Part shown: one piece after another, positions 1-11,682 of the stretch
Layout: the number at the start of each line of letters is the position of its first letter
Numbering within the stretch: position 1 is the first letter of the stretch
From: Carcharhinus amblyrhynchos
Taxonomy: Eukaryota
Length of the DNA: 64,000 nucleotides
Direction: 5' to 3'
Assembly: GCA_965287045.1 (NCBI GenBank)
Contig: OZ336885.1
Coordinates: forward strand, 21,824,001-21,888,000
Position numbers and translations under genes: made by a program
Notes under the pieces: generated by a model
Database searches by the model: none
Told to the model about the DNA's origin: nothing
Seen by the model: the letters and a program-made list of their open reading frames with translations, nothing else

Positions 1-117
1 ATTGATTTCAAATTTCACTGTCTTCAGTGGTGGGATTCAAATCCAGTTCCCCAGAGCATTACCCTGGCTCTCTGGATTATTAATCTAGTGACAATATCAC
101 TGTGCCACTGTCTCCCC
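1..117 (-). mobile_element. tRNA-derived SINE 5' head (truncated by window start)
   Basis: Reverse complement reads GGAGACAGTGGCACAGTGATA (A-box-like)...GGATTTGAATCCCACC (B-box-like); abuts the copia remnant. Confidence 0.65.
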
Positions 118-119
118 TA

Positions 120-3100
120 TTGATGACCAGATGTTTCAGTCTGGTAATGAGTATTCTAGTTGCATTTTCATTCAATTGCAAATTCTAGATCGTCGGTTTA
201 CATCTGCTATGTGGAATGGACTAGCTAATCTGTTACATGAATTCCTTAAGTAATGAAGACCAAAGTAAAGTAAAAAAAATGACAGTTCTACTTGTTTTTA
301 GTTTTGCTGATGGTAACATATTGAAATAATGAAAGAAAGTAGTAATTTCATGTAAAATAGCAGGGGTAAATCACTATATCAAGCACTAGTATTGCATTGA
401 GTGAAATACATTTAGTTTTGTCAATGAAAAAGGCCCAAATTAAGTTAGACATTGAGTGTAATAAAGCTTTGGGAGACCTGTAGATTTGCAATTTACACAT
501 TTGGGACATTATTGTATATCTTTAAAGCCCACCATCTCCAGACAGAATGTTAAAAAGATATTGAATGGCAGGTGGGGATAGGGATTTAAGGGGAAATAGC
601 AAAACTACACTGACAATTTGCACATCTCTCTGACCATCAGCTGAAAATTCTATTAAAGGATGTAAGGATACTGGATAAGGAATACACTTGACTTGTCAAG
701 GATATTAGTGAAAAATGTGATATTTGTAAACAGTACAAGAGAATGCTACCATGACCAGTAGTAAGTCTGCGATTGGTGAGAAATGTTAATAAAATCATAG
801 CGATGAACCTCAAACTATGGGATAAAGAGAAAAGATCTTTTACATTTTGTAGACATAGTGACTATATTTAGTCTGGCAACGAAAACAAAAAAGTAAAAAC
901 AAAAAAGTAATGGAAACATTGGTAGGGACGGGGCTAGGAGCACCAGCTAAATTCTTAATGGAGAATGGAGGAGAATTTATTTATGGTGAATGCAGGAGGA
1001 ATGAAAATTTGAATATTGTGGCAATGCATGCAACAGCATATAGTCCTTTTAGCAATGAGATATGTGAGAGAAATCATGCCATGACTGATGAAATGTTCCA
1101 AAAGATTTTAGCAGACTAACTAAGTTGTAAACTGACAGCTGCATTGGGCACTACTTGTTAGTTAGTATCATGGCAGGAATCTGACAATACTGTCAATAAC
1201 CTTGACCTATCCCCCAGCTTTGGAGGGGGTCATCCATTAGTTCCAGTTCTGCAAAATATTTGAATACCATGCATTAAGGCAGAAGTTTCAGAAAAAAGGG
1301 CAGGTTTCAGGTATCGAATCAGGCCATCAGTAATTAATTTTAAACCTGGGGACATGGTATATTACAAAAGAGAGAGAATGAAGAGGCTCAGGAAAAGTTA
1401 TAGGCACTGATGGTAACCAAACTGAGAGAGTACATTCCACATGGTTACACATTGACAGAACCTAAAACAATGATGGAAATTGAAGATTCGCCATACACTT
1501 AGCTCATGTATATGCCAGACCTGTACGAGCAACAGATTGTGACAGATAATGAGCTAACTGAGAAAAGACCAAGGAATAGTGAAGATCAGGATAGGGCCAT
1601 TTATCACAAAATTCAACTGCCAAAAGTTGGAACTAGGCACATATGCCAGAAGGAACTAATGAGTAGAGAGAGTTTGGCATTTACCCAGAGGTGCCAGAAA
1701 AGGACTGCCAATGTTGTCTCAGAGATAGATATATTCAGAGAAAGTACTCCTTGATCGTACATATAAAGCTAAGGTTAGGCCTGCAGCTTGGGAAATTAAG
1801 AACAATGGGATGAGTAAATTCCCCAACAATAGGAAAAGTGAGTTTGAGGATTTTTCTAGCATTGTCACCAGTTAATCATGGGGATGTAAATCAATTGACG
1901 TAAAGCAATATTTTTGCAAGGAGAACAATTTCAAAGAAAAGTATTGTTAAAGCCTCCAAAAAAAGCTGGAATACAAAGGGGCAAATTCTGGAGGTTGAAC
2001 AAGTTTGCTTATGGGCTAAAGGATACATTCAGAGTATGGTATTTTTCAGTTAGGTCTGCCCACTAAAAGCTGGTTGTTTATAGCTAAAAGCAAATCCAGT
2101 AATGTTTCATTAGAACTATAAAGGAAAATTGGCAGGCATTTTCTTAATACATGTAGATAATTTTCTGTGGGCTGGGAGATATACAACATTTGAGAAATTT
2201 GTGATACATAAAAATTATAAACAAATTCAAAATTGGAAATCTGGCTCTGGAGCTTTTAAGTGTATAGGTTTGGACATTAAGCAGACTAAGTTGAGAATAA
2301 CCCAAACAATCTCACCTAGGATCAATAGAGTCTCGGTAAATTCAGTTAGATCCTCAGAAAAGGAAGACTCGATAACCAACAAAGAAGCAGATCAATTAAA
2401 AAGCTTAATTGGGCAATTAAACTGGTTACGCACCCAAACTAGACTGGATCTGTGCTGTGACCCATTAGAGTTGAACACCATGCTGAAATATGCTACTGTT
2501 GGGGAAGTGCTAAAAGCAAATAAGACACTGAAGAAATTAAACTCAGAATAATGTATGCTCAGATTTTCAGCTTTGGTGACCCAGAAAGGATGAAATTAGT
2601 TATTTTTAATGACACCTCACACGCTAACCTTCCCGATGGTTATTCAAGTACAGCAGTATTCATTATATTTTTAGTGGGGATAAACGATAAATGTTGTCCA
2701 TTAGCATGGAACGCAAATAGAGAGTAATTAAAAACACCTCAGCTGAGGAGACATTTGCATTGATATAAGTGACAGAAATAACTATGTACTCATCAAGTAT
2801 TTTAAAGGAACTCTATAAAAGGGACAACCAGGAAAGAATGTGTTCATAGAATGCTCCACAGATAACTGTTTGATCTAGGACAATGTCCATTCGACAAAGA
2901 GTATTATGGAAAAGAGGTTAAAGGTGGATCTTGGAAGTATAAAAGAGATGTTGGAAGGGAAGGAGATTTAAAAAATAAAGTGACTCGCCACAAGTCATCA
3001 GTTGCTAGATTGTTTCACAAAAAGAACTGCTTGTTTGAAGAAATTGTTGGATATCCTTGAAGAGGGATGCCTTGTGTTATAATGGAGTAGAACACAGACA

Positions 3101-3482
3101 TTTTCATGTTGTAACTGCATTTTTTGTTGCTTTCAAGATGGCAGGGAATATGGAGTATGTGAAAGATTGATTGTATAATAAGATAAAGTATTATTTTGTA
3201 TCCTATTTTTGTTTGCTTATCAATTTAATTGGATTTATTAGTATCTAATATGCTCTGTTCATGGATGTTAAATAACTGGTAGTTTGAATTAATAGGGAGA
3301 ACAGGTGTTGGGTACTGATTAATTGATTATACTCAAATGTGTATATAAAGAAGAGTCAGCCAGCACTGGGTGTCTGGTCTTAGGATGGATAAGTAAACTC
3401 TGTGGTGAGCAATAAACAGTCTCTACCAAAGCATCCTAGTCACAGTATCCTCTTCACAGCCAACCTTGGGGTACCTCTGACA
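120..3482 (+). mobile_element. Degenerate Ty1/copia LTR retrotransposon, GalEa-like (PR-IN-RT-RH plus 3' LTR)
   Basis: Protease-region FSFADG (~295-315); integrase ENGGEF and AYSPFSNEICERNH (ORF 910-1119); RT IHVDNFLWAG and LIGQLNWLRTQTRLD (ORF 2129-2551); RNase H FNDTSHANLPDG (~2605-2640) and QLLDCFTK (~3000-3022). Integrase precedes RT, the copia order. Many stops and frameshifts. Confidence 0.85.
3256..3482 (+). repeat. Probable 3' LTR of the copia element
   Basis: TG...CA bounded segment after the RNase H region, with TATATAAAG (~3342) and AATAAA (3411-3416); 5' boundary uncertain. Confidence 0.5.
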
Positions 3483-3859
3483 TATGTTTTAATAGTTTTT
3501 TTCCAGAATATCAGAGGATGGATGCAGGCTATTCATACTGAGCACTCATTTTGATTTTCATCAGATAGTGTGGCTCTAAATTACTATTTTCAGTATAAAC
3601 TGAGCATGATGCCATACCAATGACCCCATCCATCCTCCATTACTGATTTCACATGCAGTGTTTGCAATTGGTTATGCAAATCAAGACTTGGCTAATGTCA
3701 CACATGATACATCAGCCTAGACGTGCTGAACACTGATCCATCAAATCAACCAGGGAATGCATCATCAATTGTGTCTAAATTTCACTGATCCCACAATGCA
3801 AACATTTCAGTTAACATATAGCTGCACAACCACTAGTCATGCATCAAAGAAATAAATAT

Positions 3860-4085
3860 TTACATTTATATAGATCCTTTCATGACCACAGGATGCCACA
3901 AAATATCTTACAGCTAATGAAATACTTCACTGCCAGTTTGCACAACAAAAACACCAATGTGTATAATGATCAAATGATCTGTTTCTGTCATTTTGATTAA
4001 GAATAAAATATTGACCAAAATGCCAGAGAAAACTCTCCTACTCTTCTTAAAAATGATGGCAGGGGAATTTTTAATTTTACTTAGG
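3860..4085 (-). mobile_element. DeuSINE (SacSINE1/AmnSINE1-like) fragment
   Basis: Reverse complement resembles the Deu domain (AAGAAGAGTAGGAGAGTTTTCTCTGGCATTTTGGTCAATATTTTATT...ACAGATCATTTGATCATTAT) and the tail TATATAAATGTAAA. Confidence 0.7.
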
Positions 4086-4139
4086 GAACACATGTGATGG
4101 TCTCCTTCTGCACTAGGGATTCCATGATTCTATGAGTAT

Positions 4140-6110
4140 ATGTGAGACAATTTCTTAGAACAGTATGTTCTAGAGCCAATGAGGGAGCAGCCTAGTCTGA
4201 ACCTAGTAAGGAGCAATAAGGCAACATTAATCAATAATCTCCTGGTAAAGGAGCTATTAGGTGCAGCGATCTCAACATGGTAGAACATCATGTTCAGTTT
4301 GAGGGGCTGATGTATATATCAAAAATTAATGTTTTAGACCTAAATAATGATAATTACAGAGTGTGACTTCAGAGCTGGCTAAAATGAACTGGCAAGTTTA
4401 AAAGGAAGGATGGTGGAAATGCAGTGCAGACTGTTAAGGAGAAATTTAATCATTCTCAGCGAACATTTATCCCAGTAAGAAAAAAAAAATTCTTTGAGCA
4501 TCATGCATGGTTGAATAAATAAGTTAAGGGTTGCATCAAATTGAAAAAGACACTGTGCAAATCTACAAAGATTAATGGTTGGTCAGAAGGTTGGTCAAAT
4601 TTCAAGACCCAGCAAAGAATGGTTACAGAAATAATAAAAGAGGGAGAAAGCTGAGTATCAGAGAAAGATAGCAAGTAAAATAAAAACAGATATGAAGAGT
4701 TTCTATAATTTAAATAAAAGAACTGTAACTAAAACTAGATTTGGTCCTCTTGAGGATGACGCTAGGGAATTGATAATGGAAAATAAGGTAATAGCAGAGG
4801 TGTTGAACATGTATTTTGTGTTTGTCTTCATTGCAGAGGATTTAGAAAACTTTCCAAAAATACTTGAAAAGCAGTCAGCAAATGGGAGGGAGGAACTTGA
4901 AACAATCACCATAACTGGGAAAACTTAGACCTAAAGGCTGACAGTCACCAGGACAAGATGACATGCATCTTAGCAGCTTAAAAGAGGTGTTTACAGATAT
5001 GGTAGATGCAATGGGTGTAATCTTCCTTAGATTCTGAAAGGGGTCCAGTGGAATGGAAAATAGCCAGTGTAACATTTCTGCACGAAAGGAAGGGGACAGA
5101 AATCACCAATTAGTGTAACATACAGAGAAATTGCTGGAATCCCTTATTAAAGAGGTTTGTAGCTGGATGCTTAGAAAATTATGTGAACAGGCAGAGTCAA
5201 CATATTTTTGTAAAAGGAAATTATGCTTAATTACTAGAGTGCTTTGAGGAAGGAACAAGCTAGATGAATAAAAGGGAATTGGTAAATGTGGTATACTTGG
5301 AATTCCAAAGGACATTTGATTGCCACATCAAAGGTTATTGCACAAGATAAGAGCATATGTGTAGGCGTAACCTTTTGGCATGGAGAAAGGATTGATTAGC
5401 TAAAAGGAAGCAAATAGTAGGGATAAATGGGTCTTTTTCAGGCTGAAAAGCTAACTAGTGGAGTGCCGAGGGATGGCTGCTAGGGCCTTAACTATCAACA
5501 ATCTGTATCAATGATTTGGATGAAAGAACCGATTGTATGGTAGCTAAATTTACCAATAACATCAAGAACGGTAGGAAAGCAAGTTGTCATTAGGAAGTGG
5601 AGAGTTTGCAAAGGGATATAGACAGGTTATGCGAATGGGAAAAAACTTGGCAGATAGAATATAATGTGGGAAAATGTGAACTTGTCCACTTTGGCAGGAA
5701 GAATGGAAAAGCAATATACAATTTAAAAGGAGAGGAATTGCAGAACTCAGTGGTACAGAGGGATCTGGATGTCCTGTTACATGAGTCACAAACATTTAGT
5801 ATGCAGGTACAGCAAGCAATTCAGAAGGCAAATGGAATTATAGCATTTATTGCAAGGGGAATGGAACAGAAAAATAGGGAAGTTTTCCTGCAACTGTACA
5901 AGGCCTTGGTGAGATCACATCTGGAATACTGTGACAATTTTTGTCTCCTGATTTGAAAACTGATATACTTGTGTTAGAAGCAGTCTAGAAAAGGTCCACT
6001 TGAGTCATTCCTGGGATGAATGGATTATCCAATGAAGAAAGGTTGAACAGGTTGGGCCTATATCCTTTGGAGATTAGAAGAATGAGAGATGATCTTATTG
6101 AAGCATAAAA
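4140..6110 (+). mobile_element. CR1 LINE ORF2 remnant (endonuclease end plus RT), degenerate
   Basis: ORF 5597-5956 LQRDIDRLCEWEKTWQIEYNVGKCELVHFG...LYKALVRSHLEYC, typical CR1 RT C-terminus; ORF 4692-4928 AEVLNMYFVFVF. Confidence 0.9.
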
Positions 6111-9084
6111 TCACTTAATTCCTCATTCTTCTCATTTAATGCTAAAGTTGACTTTGACCATACTAGCTGAAGCAGAATTACGAAGAAGAAATCAGATGGG
6201 TGGAGTTTGGACTATAAACTGGAAAGCTATCAGGGAACACTAGAAATAGTGCGGAATTGCTCCTTTTTCTTCCACCAACCTTACTACTCCAACAGTTAAA
6301 TCAGTTCTGAAACTTAAAGGTTGCATATTTGCATGAAATATACCCAAATCTCACAGCTGACCACAGAGCTTGGGAACAGAACAATAATTTGTTTTACTAT
6401 ATTGGAAAAAATAATTATATGTCTCTTCACATTCATGCTCATGATTTAAATCCACTATTGGAAAAGACCTCCATGAAAATTTGTATCCTGCAACAGCCCA
6501 GGAGGAGCTGGTAGCAAAATAGGCACATTTTTCTAACATCAGTTTATCTCTTGTGTTCCCCAATTCGACAGATCCTCCACGAATACCCTATGCTTCTCTG
6601 TATTCTTGCAAATCACTATATATTTGTCATGAAGTGTCTACATCTGTAACAACACTTGCTTCAAGGGGACAAAATTAGTGCTCTTCAAATTCATGCTGGT
6701 AACCACATAGTTCTCTGTGATTTATGAAGAAAGAAGGACAATATAAAGTACATTTGTAACTTTTTTCATTTGTATATACATTACCATTACACAAACTATT
6801 AAGCATAGACTCACTGATGTAAAATTTGTTTGCTTAGAAATTCACGGTTGCTTCTGGGAGGATGCATTATCTGTTGTGGTGTTTGTATGGTTTGCAGGTT
6901 TAGTCTATCAAAACAAATATGGTTATTGCAAGATTGGCACTTGAAAAATTTCTTCCAGACTTCCTTACAGTGGTAGAGTCAAGTTCATGAGTTCCAGAAT
7001 ATTTTGACACACATTTTGTGTTGCTCATTTAAGTTACTCTGCCACATCAGGAAATGGAATTCTTTTTCTCAAATGTTGTACTACTTTTGTGCCACAGCTG
7101 AATTAATAGCATCTTCATAATTTGTACCAGTTAAGTAACTTGACAGCAGCTTGTGAAGGGTGAAAGGAGAATTATCACTTGCATTTTGATTGTTTCAGGT
7201 TTCACAAATATTCTGCAGGAAGATTGCTCATCACCATGTTGATTGACAATCATGAAACATGCTATTTTATCTTTATTTATATCAGTCTTAACCCTTTTAT
7301 TGAAAGAATAAAATATAGCCTTTCATCTTGTATAATGGAGAGCCTGTGAATTTAGTGATGCTTTTGAAAACATTGTAAAGAAGGAGTTTTAAGACATCAC
7401 TAAACTGTAAATGAAAATGTTTTAATTTTACTTTTCCTTTTAGGCTCTGTTGAAGATTCTGGGAATAACTTGAAAACCTGAGTATGAAATCTAGTTATTT
7501 CATTTCATAATTAACAGAATAACTTCAATATTAGAAGCTTCCCCTGCTGATGTATAGACAATCTCCAACATATTCATTTGTAAATAAGTTAAAAGTATGT
7601 TTTATTGTTTAGAATAATTGATGAGAGAGTTTAATTTGTAAGAAAGCAAAGTTTATTATTCTGTGATGTAATTTTTCCATTCTTTAATGGGATGTGGATG
7701 TTGTGGCCCATCCTTTACTGCTCTTGAGATTATTTGTAAAAGGAAAGAAACAAATTTCAGGCTTTACACATCAATTTACAATTATTTAGTTTCCTGCTAA
7801 ACGGAGAGGAGAAGATATTTAACTTTCAGTTTTTTTCCCAGATAAATAAACAATTAAAATGTTGTCAACAGTTTGACTTTCTGTAGTACTTTTCCTTGTC
7901 TCTAAAAATGACAATTTTTCTTCAACCTTAAGCCTTTAGACTAACACAAAAGTGATATTAAAGTTGACACCATTGGATCTTATATAGAATACCTGCATAG
8001 TTGAAACAAATTACATCTAATCAATTCAATTGATTAAAGAAACAGTATTTATCACTCATTTTTAATCATTTGGTTCTGAATTCAACAGATGATAACTTGT
8101 TTTACATGTAAGTTTTTAAAAAAAAATCCACAAGTTTTGAACCTTATCAATATGTGTATGGCTTGTGTACAATGGCATGTAGTCATTGGGAGCAAACACT
8201 ATGTCAGATTATTTCAATTGTGGGCGAAATGCCACTTTTGCAAATGTGTCTCATTACAATACACATGTAAATGCACTCAGAAGCATCCCATTTCATCACA
8301 ATCATAGATATTGAAATACATTTGTAATATTCAGTTAATATCTGAACAGTCTAACCATTAATATCTACTTTTTCAATTAATCTGTTTGCTGTAGGCATTT
8401 AATAGTTAGGATTTTTGTCTCTACAGGCATAGTATTTATTTGGTTACCAGAGTGCTAAAGAAACATTTTTGATGATGCTTCATCATTTTTAACATGTAAA
8501 GTTTGTGATTGATGCTAAGCCTGATTTTGTCAGACAACTCTCCAAATAAACAGCTTTCTAAACACTGAAATCTTAATCTTTTATTCCTGAGGGCAAACAG
8601 GAGCTGAACTATAGATTTTTTTTATATGTATAGCTATTTTTCATTCTAAATACTCTAGTTAAACATTTTATTTTACATATGTTATTGTGCTAATAGAGTT
8701 AAATGAGCCTGATTATGCAGAGCATAAGGTGTATAGAATATTGTTTTACACTCTTTGGTTTGTATCATCATTCATCCATTGCAGATTTATTTTTCCTACA
8801 TACAGTTAGAATAGGAAATTTGTCATGTCAAAATACTTACCAAAATTTATTTTTGATGAACTCTGTTTCATCATAATTTATTTACTAGTACAGTATCAAA
8901 TAATCTAGCTGATGTTGAGAAAGCCGCAGTAAATTGGAACATTGCTATTACAACTCTGATTGCATTGTATTTAGAATAATTGACCAACATTCAGGGGAAA
9001 AAAGTAGAAAAACATCACGAAACTACAGTTCAAGCTATGCAGCAATACTGTACATCAGCACAATAGAAATCAGCCTGCCCTCCA

Positions 9085-10180
9085 AAATGTCCTTGTCCTT
9101 CTCGACCTGGCTATAGCTTTTAAAATACTTGACCAGACTGTCCTCCTCCAGTGCCTCTCCACTGTCGTTCACCTGGTTCTGTTCCTATCAATTATAGTTA
9201 GACATCACCTGAAATGTTTTTTCTTCCCACTACTGCATCATTACCTCTGGTAATACAAAAGATCTATCATTGACCCTCTCATATTTCACATTTACATGCT
9301 GCCCATTGGTGACATTATCCAAAAACACAGCACCAGTTGTCACATGTAAACTATGACACCTATCCCTGCTTCCCCCATCACCTCTCTCGATTCTGCCATT
9401 GCCTATGAATTGGCAGATTATTTGTTTGACATTTAGAATTAGATGAACAGAAATGTCTTCCAATTGAACATTGGGAGGATTGCAGACATTATCTTCATTT
9501 CCCATTTCAGACTCTGTTCTCTAGCTATCAACTCCAGCCCTCTTCCTGACAATTGTCTGTGATTGAGTCAGGTCCTTTGCAATCTTATATTTGACGCAAA
9601 GGTGACGTCCAACCAAATATCTACATCATCATTAAGTCGACATACCTCCACTTGCATAACATAATTGACTCCACCCATCCTCAGCCCTTCTGCTGTATAT
9701 CTCTGCCTTTGTTATTTCTAGATTTAACTAATCCAATGCACTCTTGGGGATGTTCCCACATTCTACTCTTTGTAAACTTAAAATCACTCAAAGCTTGCAC
9801 CAGACATCATCATCTCGCCTCTATTTTAAAATTTTCATCTATTTTCAAATCGCTTCATGGCCTTGTTTCTCCCCATCTCTGTAATCTTTTCCAGTTCCAT
9901 GACCCCTTCAGACAGTTGTGCAATTCTAGCCTCCGAAGCATCCCTCATTTTAATTGCTCCCCCATCAATGGCTGTGCCTTTAGCTGCCAATGTTCAATGC
10001 TCTGGAATTCTCTCACTAAACCTCTCTGATCTTTACTTTCCTTCTTCCTTTAAGATGCTCCTTAGACTTGCCTCTGCAACCAGGCCCAATTGCCATGGCT
10101 CTGTGGCGTATTTTACTTTACAATGTTCCTGTGATGTGCCTAGGGACATTTGCTAAATTAAATAAATGCATATTGTTGAT
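9085..10180 (+). mobile_element. L2 LINE 3' fragment
   Basis: Decayed GVPQGS...IYMLPIGDIIQKH...HM-YDT RT core (~9240-9360), ILKFSSIFKSLHGL...AFSCQCSMLWNSL, and L2-type tail near 10130-10175. Confidence 0.8.
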
Positions 10181-11357
10181 GATGATCTGTCATCTTCTAA
10201 AAATTGAAATAGAAGCTGAACATTTTTTTTGCCTGTACTGGTTTAGTTTATTTTCAAGATTTTATGATTCTTCATCACCTACAATGTTAACATTTTTTCT
10301 CAGGACACACTGAATCAGAATGATACACTTATGATGTTTATGGTTAGGGTAACCAGCAAACAACATGGATCAATTTGTAGTCTATCTGTAGAAAGTAAAT
10401 AATGTGATTAAGACAATTTAAAATTGTACTTGCTCCAAAGATACATGTTAAAAGTTGTTTGGCACTAAGTGACCATGATCTTGTCCCTTGGTGTAAGTGG
10501 AGAATCAAGTGTGACCTTTGCTCAGGAGGGTGACTGTTACTGATATTGGGGAAATGTGGCCTGTGGAAGCGGAGAGAGTGATTATAAGCAGGATGTAGGA
10601 AAGAGAAATTAGAGCAGTAATTCCAAAAAATGATGTTATAAATATTTTTACATCAATGATATGGCATGTAGGAAAGTTATGCCTGGAACACAACAAGGAT
10701 ATGTAACTATTACATGGATAGTTGTTTGAAAATCTAATGAAGAAATATAAAATAAAAATGCTATAGTCTGCACATGGGAAAGAGCCAATAAAGTTACTTC
10801 TAAGTGCTTTTGATGAAACATGGCTTTCATTTATAAAATTTTGTGAGGTTGAAATGTAATTGTGCTTTGTATTGTGTTGATTTTTCTCAGTACACTGCTT
10901 CAATTCTTAAACAAATATTCTTGTAAATATTGCAATTAACCATTAATAAAGCTATTTTTAAAAACTAAGTTGCCACTGATTATGAATAAAGTAAAATTTG
11001 TAATATCATGTATAAGAGTAACTTGGATATATTTGTTTATATGTATTTCCACTATCTGAACCTTAACTACAAATCATATAGTATGCTAACCAACTGTTTA
11101 GATCATTCTAAGAATGTACTGCGTTTCTGTGGCAACCAATGAAATCTTTATATTGCAGCAACAATTTTATTCTAATCTACAAATGCTAACACTTAATGAT
11201 TATACAGATCAAGTCATGAAGTGACAGGTGTTTAATAAGCGTGAAAGAAGATTTCTTTTCTGTCCAGCACAATTTTATGTCTTCAATTACAGATTGCCTT
11301 CGTAAATCAAATAGTGATTTCATCCTAACTGAAATATTCTCCATTTCTCAAAACCAG

Positions 11358-11469
11358 ATTGCTGAGACATATGCATTTCTCCCAAGAGAAGCAGTGACAA
11401 GGTTTCTAATGAGCTGCACCGAATGTCAAAAGCGAATGCACATAAACCCGAATGGTGTGGACTCAAAAG
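11358..11469 (+). CDS. NOL4L: NOL4L coding exon (probably exon 3), 112 bp: IAETYAFLPREAVTRFLMSCTECQKRMHINPNGVDSK
   Basis: Near-identical to the NOL4/NOL4L motif YAFLPREAVTRFLMSC.ECQKRMH; IAETY and SCTEC are the NOL4L-type residues; aaaccag| acceptor, G|gtaaat donor; ctaac branch point ~11325. Confidence 0.95.
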
Positions 11470-11572
11470 GTAAATGCTGAAAATTTATTGAACCTGGTAT
11501 ATTTCTGCAGGAACAATTAATTTCATTCCTGATGCATGGAAACAATAAATCATAATATAGTTTATTTTACAG

Positions 11573-11682
11573 AAAACGAAAGACCTTCCTCATTGGCTGG
11601 CATGATAGATTATAATATGCCCATTACTGCCACATATCTGAAGCAGATGAAACTCCAGTTTATGAGTGCACATCAAGAACTG
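11573..11682 (+). CDS. NOL4L: NOL4L coding exon (probably exon 4), 110 bp: (E)[36 protein letters not shown]
   Basis: tttattttacag| acceptor, CTG|gtaagt donor; phase matches the previous exon across a 103-bp intron; [14 protein letters not shown] motif; absent from the ORF track. Confidence 0.95.

Noticed and set aside
7180-7490. Acceptor-like sites (ttgtttcag ~7198, ttccttttag ~7443) as extra exons
   Set aside because: No NOL4L homology or other support
11241-11480. 79-aa ORF as a standalone gene
   Set aside because: It is a NOL4L exon read into flanking intron
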